Shown here: positions 1 to 9,882 of the stretch, one piece after another | How the letters are laid out: each line of letters opens with the position of its first letter | How positions within the stretch are numbered: position 1 is the stretch's first letter | Assembly: GCA_036834125.1 (NCBI GenBank) | Contig: DAITOK010000005.1 | Span: 6,331 to 70,330 of the forward strand | Reading direction: 5' to 3' | From: Chloroflexota bacterium | GTDB lineage: Bacteria; Chloroflexota; Dehalococcoidia; GIF9; AB-539-J10 | Length of the DNA: 64,000 bases | Program-made: the position numbers and the translations under genes | Notes under the pieces: model-generated | What the model was told of the DNA's origin: nothing | What the model saw: only the letters and a program-made list of their open reading frames with translations | The model's database searches: none

Positions 1-703
1 CAAGATACATAAAATCCTGGGGAGTGCCATAGCGACTGGTAGGGGCAAAATAGCCGGTTATCTGGTAACCCCACGAGCCATAGAAGGGATGTTCCATTAT
101 CGGCAAAAACTCAACATGCGTGAAGCCCATTTGCTTTACATAATCAGTTAGCAAGGGGGCTAGCTCACGGTAGCTCAAGGGGCGATTTCCTTCCTCGGGC
201 ATCCTGCGCCACGAACCAAGATGCACTTCATAAATAGAAATAGGAGCATCAAGTGAATTATGAGTGCGTCTTTTCTCCATCCAAGCTTGGTCTTTCCAAT
301 GGTAATCAAAGTCCCAAACGATGGAAGCTGTTTTTGGGGGAGTTTCAGCATGAAACGCAAATGGGTCGGCTTTTTCCACGCAATAGCCATAATGATGGGA
401 TACTATGTAATACTTGTAAATTGTGCCTTTCCCAATGCCGGGAACAAACCCTTCCCAAATACCAGATTGCCCTTTTGGGCGAAGAGGATGACTTGATTTG
501 TCCCAACAATTAAAGTCACCTATAACAAAGACTTCTGTGGCATTGGGAGACCAGACAGCGAAGTAAGTCCCTGTCATGCCATCCACAGCCAAAGGGTGAG
601 CCCCGAGCTTCTCGTAAAGGCGGTAATGAGTTCCTTCATTGAACAGGAAAAGATCGTCGTCGCTCAGTAAGGTCACGTCATAGCGTATTGTTTTTGTGTT
701 CAT
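1..703 (-). CDS. glgB: 1,4-alpha-glucan branching enzyme GlgB (GH13), N-terminal 234 codons; 3' end lies beyond the window start
   Basis: Manual translation of the minus strand from ATG at 703: MNTKTIRYDVTLLSDDDLFLFNEGTHYRLYEKLGAHPLAVDG...IYEVHLGSWRR...GFTHVEFLPIMEHPFYGSWGYQITGYF, the classic GlgB N-terminal (CBM48) and start of the catalytic domain. No stop codon before position 1. The ORF track omits it because it runs off the window. Confidence 0.85.
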   Translation of the reverse strand, partial: MNTKTIRYDVTLLSDDDLFLFNEGTHYRLYEKLGAHPLAVDGMTGTYFAVWSPNATEVFVIGDFNCWDKSSHPLRPKGQSGIWEGFVPGIGKGTIYKYYIVSHHYGYCVEKADPFAFHAETPPKTASIVWDFDYHWKDQAWMEKRRTHNSLDAPISIYEVHLGSWRRMPEEGNRPLSYRELAPLLTDYVKQMGFTHVEFLPIMEHPFYGSWGYQITGYFAPTSRYGTPQDFMYL

Positions 704-741
704 CTATCTATAGAGCATGCTTGTTTCCTACCACACTTCGC

Positions 742-2172
742 CTAGCCCTTTTCCGACACGCGTTTTTGCGCTTGGAGATAGACCTCCTCATACTTTCGGG
801 CAGAAGCTTTCCAGGAGAAATCTAGCTTCATGTTGTCTCTGACCAACCTTTGCCATTGCTCCTTATGGTAAAATTTCTCCTCCGCTCTTTTTATCGCCGA
901 CAGCATTTCTGAAGCTGTGTAGTTGTGAAATACAAAGCCATTGCCGTTGCTCTCAGCTACATCCTTTACTGTATCAGCTAAGCCGCCAGTCCGTCGAACC
1001 ACAGGAACTGCACCATAGCGCATGGCGATCATCTGTCCCAGCCCGCAAGGTTCGAAACGCGAAGGCATCAGGAACATATCGCTGCCACCGTAGATCAGGC
1101 GAGCGGTTTGCTCATCGGTAGCAATAAATACTGAGATACGCCGGGGATACTTCAGCGCTGCCTCGGAAAGCAATCTATGATAATGCTCTCTCCCTTGACC
1201 AAGGATGACTAGCTGCGATTTGATTTCGGCGATGAATTGTTCTATAGCCTCAAGCACCAAATCAATTCCTTTTTGCTCCTCAAGACGGGAGACCATACCA
1301 ACCAAAGGTATATCAGGGTCTTGAGGTAATCCGCTCTTTTTTTGCAAGGCTAGTTTGTTGGCAACTTTTCTTTCTAGGCTGGTGGAATCATAGTTTCTCT
1401 CCAGATGGGGATCGGTAGCTGGATTGTACTCAGCGTAATCAATGCTGTTGAGTATGCCGTATAGCTCATTTCGCCGATAGTTTAGCAATTGCTCAAGTCC
1501 CCAACCGTGCTCTGGCGTGAGTATTTCTGCGGCATAAGTAGGGCTGACAGTGGTCAGAATGTCAGAAACAAGGATGCCCTGGCTGATGAAGTTCAATGGT
1601 GGCTGAGGAGCATCAGGAGGAATATGTTTTCGCCATAGGGAAGAAAGCCTCGAATCCTGGAAAAATTGCCAGTCAAACCAGCCTTGGTAAGCTAAGTTGT
1701 GGATGGTAAAAACACAGGGTGATTTTATGTTTGCTTCCTTCAACCATAAAGGGACTAAAGCTGTGTGCCAGTCGTGGCAATGGACAATGTCAGGGTGAAG
1801 ATTAAGATGGGAGATAATGGCTGAGATACTTAATGAGAAAAACAGGAAGCGTCTTAATTCATCCTGACTATAGATTTCTTCAGTTCCAAAATAGTTGTCG
1901 TTTTCTACTAGGTATACTGGTATCCTTTTCTTTAGCGTGGTCATTTTCAGAGTTACTTGCTCGCTATGCCCCATAAAGCGGATAATCCCGACGTTAGAAT
2001 CTTTTCCGGGGATGTCTTGGACGGGAATTCGTATGCTGCGGTATTTTGGTAGTATCAAACAAGGCTCGTGTCCTAAGCCTTGGAGTGATATGGCGAGGGA
2101 GCTTGTGACATCTGCCAATCCACCGACCTTGGCCAGGGGGTAAACCTCGGCCGCAACAAGTAGGATTTTCAT
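742..2172 (-). CDS. glgA: Glycogen synthase (ADP-glucose type, GT5)
   Basis: 476-aa ORF with ATG start. N-terminus MKILLVAAEVYPLAKVGGLADV with the KVGGL motif, and C-terminal GT-B core (RTGGLADTV). Confidence 0.92.
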   Translation of the reverse strand: MKILLVAAEVYPLAKVGGLADVTSSLAISLQGLGHEPCLILPKYRSIRIPVQDIPGKDSNVGIIRFMGHSEQVTLKMTTLKKRIPVYLVENDNYFGTEEIYSQDELRRFLFFSLSISAIISHLNLHPDIVHCHDWHTALVPLWLKEANIKSPCVFTIHNLAYQGWFDWQFFQDSRLSSLWRKHIPPDAPQPPLNFISQGILVSDILTTVSPTYAAEILTPEHGWGLEQLLNYRRNELYGILNSIDYAEYNPATDPHLERNYDSTSLERKVANKLALQKKSGLPQDPDIPLVGMVSRLEEQKGIDLVLEAIEQFIAEIKSQLVILGQGREHYHRLLSEAALKYPRRISVFIATDEQTARLIYGGSDMFLMPSRFEPCGLGQMIAMRYGAVPVVRRTGGLADTVKDVAESNGNGFVFHNYTASEMLSAIKRAEEKFYHKEQWQRLVRDNMKLDFSWKASARKYEEVYLQAQKRVSEKG

Positions 2173-2186
2173 TATCGAGATCGAGG

Positions 2187-3464
2187 TTAGGCTTTGAGAG
2201 CTTTCTCTCCTCTTACCACAGAACTACCACTGGGAATGGAGAGAGTGGAGAAATCACTCTCTTTTACCCAAGAATCAATCTTGCAGTTGTGTCCGACTCT
2301 CAGTCCCGGAGGTAATCTTGCCCCCTTGCCAATTACTGTGATGCCAGAATTCAAATGCTCAGGTTCGTCTTTGTTGGCAGTATAGTCGTCGCCACAACCA
2401 ATCCAGCAGCCTGGGCCAATGTAACACTCTTTATCAATGATAGAACGCTGCACAACAGCATCCCGGCCGATGACAGTATCGTGAAAGATTATGGAATCTA
2501 TCACGTGTGCTCCTTCTTCGACGTAGACGTGGGGGGAGAGCACGGAATTAAACACGTGACCGTTTACAATGCAGCCATTACTGACAAGGCTTCTCGAAAT
2601 CTGGGCATTCGGTCCCAGTTTTACTGGAGGCATGTCTAGGGAAAGCGTCCTAACTTCGGTCTCCGGGTCATAGAGATTGAATGGGGGCAGATCTACAATC
2701 AGGTCCATATGGGCTTGCCAATAGGCTTCGATTGTACCAACATCACGCCAGTAACCTTGATACTTGTAACCATAAATTTGGCGTTTGCCTATTGCATCTG
2801 GTATAACCTGGCTACCAAAGTCCTGTAGACCGCGACAGTGGGCATCTTCGAGAACGTTGAGCAGAACATCTCTGTTAAAGACATAAATGCCCATCGAGGC
2901 TAGATTGCTCTTGGGTTGAGGTGGCTTTTCCTCGAAGTCAATCACTTTACAGTTGTCATCCAGACTCACAATACCAAAGCGATGGGCTTCGTTCCAGGGC
3001 ACCTCAGTGACTCCAATAGTTATATCAGCTTTCTGTTGGCAATGAAACTTAATCATCTCTTCGTAACGCATGGTATAGACGTGGTCTCCTGAAAGAATGA
3101 GAATTTTATCAGCGCGGCTGTCCTCTATGAAACGCAGGTTGTGGTAAACAGCATCGGCAGTGCCCTTATACCAGTGCATCTCTCCGTTGGTGCTGACAAA
3201 AGGGTAAAGTAGAGTGATACCTCCGATAGTACGGTCTAGATCCCAGGGCCTACCCACGCCGATGTGGCGCGCCAGGGAGCGTGGATTGTATTGTGGTATA
3301 ACTGCTACTCTGGTGATGCCAGAGTTGACGCAGTTGCTCAGGGTAAAGTCAATGATACGGTACTTACCAGCGAAGGGGACTGCAGGCTTAGCACGCTCCT
3401 GTGCCAGCACACTCAGTCTTTTTCCTTCTCCGCCGGCGAGGATGACTGCCAATACTCTTTTCAT
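2187..3464 (-). CDS. glgC: Glucose-1-phosphate adenylyltransferase
   Basis: 425-aa ORF with ATG start. N-terminus [20 protein letters not shown] (nucleotidyltransferase GGxGxRL motif) and a C-terminal left-handed beta-helix. Confidence 0.9.
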   Translation of the reverse strand: MKRVLAVILAGGEGKRLSVLAQERAKPAVPFAGKYRIIDFTLSNCVNSGITRVAVIPQYNPRSLARHIGVGRPWDLDRTIGGITLLYPFVSTNGEMHWYKGTADAVYHNLRFIEDSRADKILILSGDHVYTMRYEEMIKFHCQQKADITIGVTEVPWNEAHRFGIVSLDDNCKVIDFEEKPPQPKSNLASMGIYVFNRDVLLNVLEDAHCRGLQDFGSQVIPDAIGKRQIYGYKYQGYWRDVGTIEAYWQAHMDLIVDLPPFNLYDPETEVRTLSLDMPPVKLGPNAQISRSLVSNGCIVNGHVFNSVLSPHVYVEEGAHVIDSIIFHDTVIGRDAVVQRSIIDKECYIGPGCWIGCGDDYTANKDEPEHLNSGITVIGKGARLPPGLRVGHNCKIDSWVKESDFSTLSIPSGSSVVRGEKALKA

Positions 3465-3568
3465 CGGGACGTTGCCTTACCTAATCAACTTATAAATTTT
3501 GTGGGTAAGACTATTTTAACTATCAGTAGGCAACTTGTCTAATTGCAGCCGGTAATTGGCTTCTATTG

Positions 3569-5782
3569 CTAGCTCGATTTCCCTCTACTAGCTGCTGGTA
3601 TATACATTCGCTTGATATATTCCTTAAGCATCCGTCGGGTGCAGAATATGGGAGAAATTGAGGCTATTGCCTCTTTGACCATGCGCATCCAACCGCGAGG
3701 CACACCATCTCTATCCCGTTGGTAGTAAAGGGGTACAATTTCCTGCTCTAGGAGACGGTAAAGTGCCTCGGCATCCGAGCTATCTTCCTTCCCTGGGTCA
3801 TACGCTTCAATGTCGTCTCCGATAACCCAGCCATTCATGCCATTATAGCCTTCATACCACCAGCCATCTCTAACGCTGAGATGAAGGACACCGTTCACTG
3901 TTGCCTTCATACCACTGGTGCCACAAGCCTCTTGTAAGCGGCGAGGCGTGTTCAGCCATACGTCTACTCCTTGAACCAGATAACGAGCCATATGCATATC
4001 ATAATCTTCTACAAAGGCTATTCGGCCTTGGAATTCAGGCTGTGTACTCAGGGTATATACCTCATGGAGGAGTTGCTTTGAAGGAAAGTCGGCGGGATGA
4101 GACTTTCCGGCAAAGATGATTTGGACAGGCTGCCATCTATCGGTGACAATGCGCTTAAGACGTTCAACGTCGTGGAAAATCAATGCTGGTCGCTTATATT
4201 CAGTGAATCGGCGGACAAAACCGATAGTGAGAACATTGGGATTAAGTAGAGCACCCATAGCCAATATCTGCCTGGCTCGGCACTCACGTTCAGTAGCGCA
4301 TTGGCGTGCTCGCTCTATCATGGCACCGATAAGCTTGCGTTTAAGGGCCTGATGCACTTCCCAAAGCTCCTTGTCTGGGATTTTTAGTACAAGTTCCCGA
4401 AGGCTAGTATCATCGTACCTTTGGAATATATCCTGGCCTAGGTATTTCTCATAGATACGGCTCATCTCCGGAGCAACCCAAGTCGGCACATGAATCCCGT
4501 TAGTAATATGTGAGATGGGGACCTCCTCTTCTTTAAGTTTGGGCCAGAGTCCGTGCCACATCCTTCTCGTGATTTTTCCATGAATCTGGCTAACAGCGTT
4601 ACGATGGTCAGACATTCTTAAGGCAAATACAGTCATATTGAAGGCTTGGTCATATGTGCCACTTTGTCGTCCTAGCTCTAGAAATGTTTCTCGGTTTATG
4701 CCCATAGATTCCCAGTAGCTAGAAAGATATTTCTCGACAAGCGTGATAGGAAAGACATCGTGTCCGGCAGGGGTTGGCGTATGGGTAGTGAATACGGTGG
4801 TTGCTCTAACTCTGTGCAGAGCTTCGGTGAAGCTCGCGCCTTTTTCTATTTCTGTCCTGAGACGCTCCAGCATCATGAAGGCGCTGTGGCCTTCGTTGGC
4901 ATGCCACACAGAAGGATTGATGCCTAGTGTCTGTAAGACACGCACTCCGCCAACTCCTAGTACAATTTCTTGCTGGATACGCTGCTCCTGATCAGCGGTG
5001 TAGAGGCGAGCGCATAACTGTCTATCTTGAAAGCTGTTTCCCTCAACGTCGCAACAGAGAAGGTAGAGGTTGGTCCGCCCTACGCGTACTTGCCAGACAC
5101 CAATGTAGAAAGGTCTACCGCCCAGTTCCGTCTTAACTAACGGTCTGCACCACTTAGAGTGCGGAACTGGATTGATAGGAGTGATGGGCGCTTCATCGAA
5201 ATTTAATTGTTCATAAATTTCCTCTTGCCAGCCGTCAGCGGAAATATGTTGATGGAAGTATCCTTGGGGATACATGAAGCCAACACCGACCAGAGGCAGC
5301 CCCAAATCGCTCGCTTCTTTACAGACATCGCCCGCCAGGATGCCCAGACCGCCGGCATAGAGAGGGAGAGAGTTGTGTATGGCAAATTCCATAGAGAAGT
5401 AGGCAACAGGACCAGGCAAAGCCTCAGGGTATTTTGTAGCAAACCAAGTATTCTTTGCTTTAATGTCGGCGTCAAAATCTGCCATCACGGAATCGTACAA
5501 ACTAAGAAACGCAGGGTCTTTCGCCGCTGCTTCTAGCCTGTCAGGACTGATTTCGTGAAGCTCTTTGACCGGGTTGTGTCCCCCTAAGTGCCATAGTGGA
5601 TAATCCAGAGCCCGGAACAAAGCTCGGGCTTGAGGGTGCCAGCTCCACCACAGATTGTTAGCTAGTTCCTCTAACCTGTTTACGCGCTCAGGGAGCTTCA
5701 GTGGTGATGACATAGTACCATTGCCAGGCTTTTGTCTCAGATTTCCTTTGCTCGCTACGAAAGCATCGTCAACTTTTGTCAA
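3569..5782 (-). CDS. glgP: Alpha-glucan (glycogen/maltodextrin) phosphorylase, GT35, short ~715-aa form
   Basis: 737-aa ORF. Conserved GT35/PLP-enzyme blocks: EGHSAF, TNGIH, FTTHTP, GKSHPAD. The track start at 5782 is a TTG; the first ATG is at 5713 (MSSPLKLPERVNRLEELANNLWWSWHP), so the start is uncertain. Confidence 0.85.
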   Translation of the reverse strand: MTKVDDAFVASKGNLRQKPGNGTMSSPLKLPERVNRLEELANNLWWSWHPQARALFRALDYPLWHLGGHNPVKELHEISPDRLEAAAKDPAFLSLYDSVMADFDADIKAKNTWFATKYPEALPGPVAYFSMEFAIHNSLPLYAGGLGILAGDVCKEASDLGLPLVGVGFMYPQGYFHQHISADGWQEEIYEQLNFDEAPITPINPVPHSKWCRPLVKTELGGRPFYIGVWQVRVGRTNLYLLCCDVEGNSFQDRQLCARLYTADQEQRIQQEIVLGVGGVRVLQTLGINPSVWHANEGHSAFMMLERLRTEIEKGASFTEALHRVRATTVFTTHTPTPAGHDVFPITLVEKYLSSYWESMGINRETFLELGRQSGTYDQAFNMTVFALRMSDHRNAVSQIHGKITRRMWHGLWPKLKEEEVPISHITNGIHVPTWVAPEMSRIYEKYLGQDIFQRYDDTSLRELVLKIPDKELWEVHQALKRKLIGAMIERARQCATERECRARQILAMGALLNPNVLTIGFVRRFTEYKRPALIFHDVERLKRIVTDRWQPVQIIFAGKSHPADFPSKQLLHEVYTLSTQPEFQGRIAFVEDYDMHMARYLVQGVDVWLNTPRRLQEACGTSGMKATVNGVLHLSVRDGWWYEGYNGMNGWVIGDDIEAYDPGKEDSSDAEALYRLLEQEIVPLYYQRDRDGVPRGWMRMVKEAIASISPIFCTRRMLKEYIKRMYIPAASRGKSS

Positions 5783-5937
5783 TTGGTCGGTTATTATAAC
5801 AGAGCGTCGCCTGTTTTATCATACAGTCTGGGCACACGCGTGCCGATGAGCTCGAGGCAATAGAATGGCAATGCGCAATTCTGTTACGGGCAAACTCGCA
5901 ACATAATTTAGCGAAGAGAAGTTTTTTTGAGCTAGGC

Positions 5938-6246
5938 TTAGCTTAGAGCAACTTTTGTGATTTCTCTCGGTCTTCTCCAGCCCAGTGCTGCGAGGAGGTC
6001 TCCTACTGCGGTTTCCCCGTGTCCAGGGTGGCGAAGGGTGAGGTCGGGATTGACTCGATAATAGTTGCGTCTTCCCTGTCGTTTCTTGGTAATATAGCCA
6101 GCTTCTTGTAGGTCAGCAATTATCTTACGCGCTGTTCTTTCAGTAATGCCAATGGCGTTAGCTAGCTCTCGAGCAGTAATCCGAGGGTGTCGAGCAATGC
6201 AACTTAATACCAGAGCGTGGTTGGTAAGGAACATCCATTCTGGCAT
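5938..6246 (-). CDS. Small winged-helix HTH transcriptional regulator
   Basis: HTH segment ITARELANAIGITERTARKIIADLQEAGYITKKRQGRRNYYRV. ATG at 6246 (MPEWMFLT...) is preceded by GAGGTGG 5 nt upstream; the track start 6258 has no RBS. Confidence 0.6.
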   Translation of the reverse strand: MPEWMFLTNHALVLSCIARHPRITARELANAIGITERTARKIIADLQEAGYITKKRQGRRNYYRVNPDLTLRHPGHGETAVGDLLAALGWRRPREITKVALS

Positions 6247-6454
6247 ATTCCACCTCATTCTTTAGAAAAATTCGCAGATTCTTGGTAAAGGCCTTGACAA
6301 GAACATTCTGATAATGCAATATATTAATATATATGATGAAAATTTCATTAGTCAATTATCATGAATCAATCATGGTGATTAGGCATTCACGGTAATAATT
6401 TCCAAGAAATGCTGATAGGCTATGTTTAATTTTCGAAAAAGGAGGTGATCAAAA

Positions 6455-6538
6455 GTGGCGAAGAAAGCTGCCAAGGCGGCTAAAACCACAAAGACCACGA
6501 AGACCGCAAAGGCTAGCAAGACCGGCTGCAAGAAGTGA
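6455..6538 (+). CDS. 27-aa lysine-rich micro-protein (VAKKAAKAAKTTKTTKTAKASKTGCKK)
   Basis: GTG start 6 nt after a strong RBS GGAGGTGA (6441-6448). The ORF is followed 22 nt later by a perfect 13-bp stem terminator. Too short for the ORF track. Confidence 0.5.
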   Translation: MAKKAAKAAKTTKTTKTAKASKTGCKK

Positions 6539-6560
6539 ATTAGATGCAGCTAGGAATGTT

Positions 6561-6591
6561 AGGGGTGAGAGATAGTAAATCTCTCACCCCT
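6561..6591 (+). terminator. Rho-independent terminator hairpin (13-bp perfect stem AGGGGTGAGAGAT / ATCTCTCACCCCT, 5-nt loop)
   Basis: Inverted repeat read directly; A/T-rich tract downstream. It terminates the lysine-rich micro-ORF. Confidence 0.7.
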
Positions 6592-6684
6592 AATAAATTT
6601 AAAATTTTCCAGTTTTTTTCGTCTCTGCTTCAAAAAGTTTACAGTTTGGAGTCAGAAAGGGCCTAACAATACTGGTTTTAACTA

Positions 6685-6693
6685 TGAATTGCT
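6685..6693 (+). promoter_or_regulatory. Extended -10 promoter element (TGaTATAAT) upstream of the 6737 gene
   Basis: TGATATAAT lies 44 bp upstream of the ATG at 6737, within an AT-rich intergenic stretch. Confidence 0.4.
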
Positions 6694-6736
6694 ATGATAT
6701 AATTTAAATACAGTGTCAAGTAGGAGGTGTGTGAGC

Positions 6737-7048
6737 ATGGCTTGGTTTACCAAAATGAGTAAAGAAGAAGCAAGGAGGCTTTTAGGAGATGTCCCGAGCG
6801 ACAAGGTCTTCCGGTGTCACGATGGAAAGGTTATCAGGAATCTCAGAGAGCTTGAAAGAGCATTACATGAAATGAGTGATGAGACGTTCTATTATCATTC
6901 TGGTAAGGAAAGAAAAGACTTTAGCAACTGGCTTAGGGATGTGGTGGGTGATGAGAAGCTAGCTAACGAGCTTAGCAAGGCGAAATCTCGTGCTGAAGCC
7001 GGTCGAGCAGTAGCCAAAAAGATCTCCTTGCTTGAGAAGAAGATGTAG
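6737..7048 (+). CDS. Hypothetical 103-aa protein embedded in the glycogen cluster
   Basis: ATG at 6737 is preceded by AGGAGGTG. The protein begins MAWFTKMSKEEARRLLGDVPSDKVFRCHDGKVIRNLRELERALHEMSDETFYYHSGKERKDFSNWLRDVVGDEKL; no domain recognised. The track start 6713 is an upstream alternative. Confidence 0.6.
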   Translation: MAWFTKMSKEEARRLLGDVPSDKVFRCHDGKVIRNLRELERALHEMSDETFYYHSGKERKDFSNWLRDVVGDEKLANELSKAKSRAEAGRAVAKKISLLEKKM

Positions 7049-7120
7049 TGTAGGTAGGTTTGAGCTTTCTGCTAGCGGCTCGTCTTACTGAAGGAACTAG
7101 AAAGTTCACCGCTGTTAATC

Positions 7121-8416
7121 TTATTGTGTGAATAGTATGTCTTCCAGTTTGTTTCTGATATCCCGGGCATCTAGGGTACGCTGATAGCACTCGCGTTTTA
7201 GTTTTTCGCTTACTCCGCTCTTATTTATAGCCCGGTAGGCGTTAACTATTGTTCGTAGTTGCTCAAGCAGACCCATATAGATGAGGTTGATGTCCCACAT
7301 AGGGCGCTTGCTTGCCCACCACATTTGGCAGCTATGCTCAGCACGATCTAAAAGTCCCCGGGCTATAGCAGCAGAGCGACGGCTCTCGTCGTCGTCGGCA
7401 TACTCCAGCGCTTTGTTGACCAGTTCAATGCAGATGTTCAGATGTTCCCACTGCAGACGATGTACTTCGTTATTTCTGTCTTGCCAGAGTGGGTAATAGT
7501 TGCCAGCTTTTATGTCATGGACAGTGGTGCTCCAGGAAGAGGGCTTGGGCTCTATAGCTGGTCCTCTTGCGAAAAGACCGAGGAGTTCGCTTACAGTAAC
7601 CATGCGGATTTTGGCAGCAGCCTCGCCATTGGTCAGCAAAGAAGCATGTTGTCCGGCTAGCACTGTAGCTTGCTGGAGTTCAGAAACAGGTGCTGGCCAG
7701 GATTCAAGCTGTTGATAAACCTTGGCTAGAAATATCCTCTCCCAGCCTTGGATATGATGTCCGTAAGTTTCAGCATCCATAGCTGTGACTACATAGATGT
7801 TGTTCTTGTTGCCTTGCCACTGCTCCAGATGGGCGATGAATTCTTTCGCCTCTACATTGCGGAAACTTATCCTGTTGCTAAGTACATCATCTCGGAAAAA
7901 AACTGCTATCTTTTGACCGTCGCATTCTATCTGGTAAATGATATCTAGGGGCCACTCTGCCGGGCAGGCAATGCCACTGAGTATAATCCAGCGATAACCT
8001 GCTTCTACAACAGGTTTCAGAATATCTCGGCTGTAGCCCATCTCGGGGGGAAAGAAACCCTGGGGAGCATATACTTCGCCAAAAAAGTGGCGGTTAGTTT
8101 GTGTGTTGAGGTCTATTTGCCTTTTCATCTCCTGCCTAGGTATCAAGGGCAGAATAGGGTGATACTTACCCGTTGCCGTGAATTCAATCTGACCCTTATG
8201 GGCAAGATTTCTGAAGCCCTCAATAATATCCCTGTGTCCGCAGTCCATGAGCATATCGGTGAGCACGCCATTGAAATTGACGGTTACCCGAGCGTTGGGA
8301 TACTCTTCAAAGACTCGGAGCAAAGGTCGGTACGATTCGTCACAAATCTTTTTGAGTATTGAAGACGTCTGAGTTGGCGGCTGATAAAAATGCAATAGCT
8401 GAGCCCAGTAGATCAT
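7121..8416 (-). CDS. Glycoside hydrolase family 57 protein (alpha-amylase / branching-enzyme-like)
   Basis: 431-aa ORF; ATG with GGAGG RBS. N-terminus MIYWAQLLHFYQPPTQ carries the GH57 signature HFYQP, and the downstream catalytic region fits GH57. Confidence 0.85.
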   Translation of the reverse strand: MIYWAQLLHFYQPPTQTSSILKKICDESYRPLLRVFEEYPNARVTVNFNGVLTDMLMDCGHRDIIEGFRNLAHKGQIEFTATGKYHPILPLIPRQEMKRQIDLNTQTNRHFFGEVYAPQGFFPPEMGYSRDILKPVVEAGYRWIILSGIACPAEWPLDIIYQIECDGQKIAVFFRDDVLSNRISFRNVEAKEFIAHLEQWQGNKNNIYVVTAMDAETYGHHIQGWERIFLAKVYQQLESWPAPVSELQQATVLAGQHASLLTNGEAAAKIRMVTVSELLGLFARGPAIEPKPSSWSTTVHDIKAGNYYPLWQDRNNEVHRLQWEHLNICIELVNKALEYADDDESRRSAAIARGLLDRAEHSCQMWWASKRPMWDINLIYMGLLEQLRTIVNAYRAINKSGVSEKLKRECYQRTLDARDIRNKLEDILFTQ

Positions 8417-8599
8417 AGGAACCTCCGAGTGAAAGTGTTGTGCCGCTGATTCAAGGAAACTGACACCGACAAATCGGGACTATTGTAGCATATGACCTGG
8501 CTGCCATTGTAAGTTCTCCAATGTGTTTTATTCGGATCCCCCACCATGTTTGTGTTATGTCCCAAAGTGGTTGCGAACACGGATCAAAGACAAGACTCA

Positions 8600-8622
8600 C
8601 AGGCCCGATCTATCGGGGCCTG
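8600..8622 (-). terminator. GC-rich hairpin (CAGGCCC...GGGGCCTG) downstream of the decayed lipoprotein gene
   Basis: Inverted repeat read directly; T-rich tract on the minus strand after the stem. Confidence 0.4.
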
Positions 8623-8631
8623 TAAGTAAGC

Positions 8632-9390
8632 TTAACCATACCTCCGCCTGACGAGCGGAAGTAGGGGAAAGCTTAAATTTAGAGTCCAGTCACCGACATC
8701 GCACTGCCCCTCGTTGTTGCGCCCTACTGCAACTACAATGCCGTCTGATACAAGTCCTACTGTATGATATCCACCGGCAGCGACCATCGGTATGACTGCA
8801 AAGTTGGCGGTGACGGTTACATCCTCGCCGGGCATGGTGAAAATAGTTTCAGCTGCATTGGGGTCATCAAACTCACCAGCAGGCGCTGACCAACAAAATG
8901 GTAATCCTGTTAGGTGTTGCTTTTATGCTAACTAGTGCCCCTTCAGGGTAGGGACCGGCATTTGTTTGGTCGGTAGCTGTTCCACTGCCGGGGGAAACAC
9001 AGCCATGTTCAGCTTATAGGTTGGCGCTATCGCCTTGAACTGGGCAGTAATTTCATAGTTATCCTGCATATCAATGACGGTCTCGGGGTTGGTCACACCA
9101 TTTACGGGTGCGCCTAGCCACTTTTCAAATTCGTATCCTTGACTAGGACTGGCTGCCAGATTCACATCTGTACCTGCCGGAATGCTTGGTATGGTCTTCG
9201 TTTGACCTGGACCAACTACTGTTTCTTCCCCGTTGACCGTGACAATGGCCGAACCTCCCGGGTGCAGGAAATGGTGAGGTCATACGGAAGAGGCTCACCC
9301 GGACTGGGACATGGACTGGGGCTGGATTGACAGCCTGTCATCGCTACAATCAACACAGTTGCGATTAGGAAGGCGCTCACTCTTTTTCAT
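8632..9390 (-). pseudogene. Decayed lipoprotein gene: lipobox signal, InlB B-repeat (Listeria-Bacteroides repeat) and one RCC1-like repeat, broken by at least 3 frameshifts
   Basis: ATG at 9390 with GGAGGAG RBS gives MKKSER, then a stop after 31 aa. A +1 frame gives FLIATVLIVAMTGCQSSPSP (lipobox) and an InlB-type B-repeat start (PLPYDLTISCT...). Another frame (8932-9165) gives GYEFEKWLGAPVNGVTNPETVIDMQDNYEITAQFK, an InlB B-repeat. Another (8632-8835) gives GGYHTVGLVSDGIVVAVGRNNEGQCDV, a single RCC1 repeat. Confidence 0.65.
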
Positions 9391-9882
9391 GTATTGTCTC
9401 CTCCTTTCGTAGTTTTTCACATGCTTCACAAACCTCTAGAGATTTGCTCTCGCCAATATGTTCGAATATCCTCAGTCTTATTTATAGCACAACCTTATTC
9501 GGCGTTAATCACCCGCTGGTAATGGGAAAACTAGTTACGCTGTTTTCTACCATGCGTCATAGGAGTTGCTACCATGTAAACCTCGCTATTCTGCATGTAT
9601 GAGAATATAAGAGGAGTAGTGTTCTCCGCATGGTCACTGTCTAACGATGAACAAGTCTTACCAGCGCTTTTGGACATCAATCAAGGGACGGAAGTACCGG
9701 CTTTGTAGCGACGCGAAGTGAACAATTGGTGAGTTAAGTACTAGCCAGATAGTTAGCTGAAGGCCGGTCCGAACTACGGGTTCGATTCGAGTTAAACTTC
9801 GGATTTCGGGGCGCTTGCAGCAAGAAGCTGAATCTGGCGGGTGCTCATCACAGATAAGCCCAGCACATTGGCAAGTTTCAAG

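Noticed and set aside
175-513. Track ORFs 175-390(-), 253-513(+) and 260-496(+)
   Set aside because: They lie inside the glgB coding region, which reads without a stop in another minus-strand frame and carries clear GlgB motifs.
9765-9800. tRNA-like T-loop sequence GGGTTCGATTCGAG
   Set aside because: No complementary T-stem or acceptor stem can be drawn around it. It may be at most a decayed fragment, so it is not called as a tRNA.
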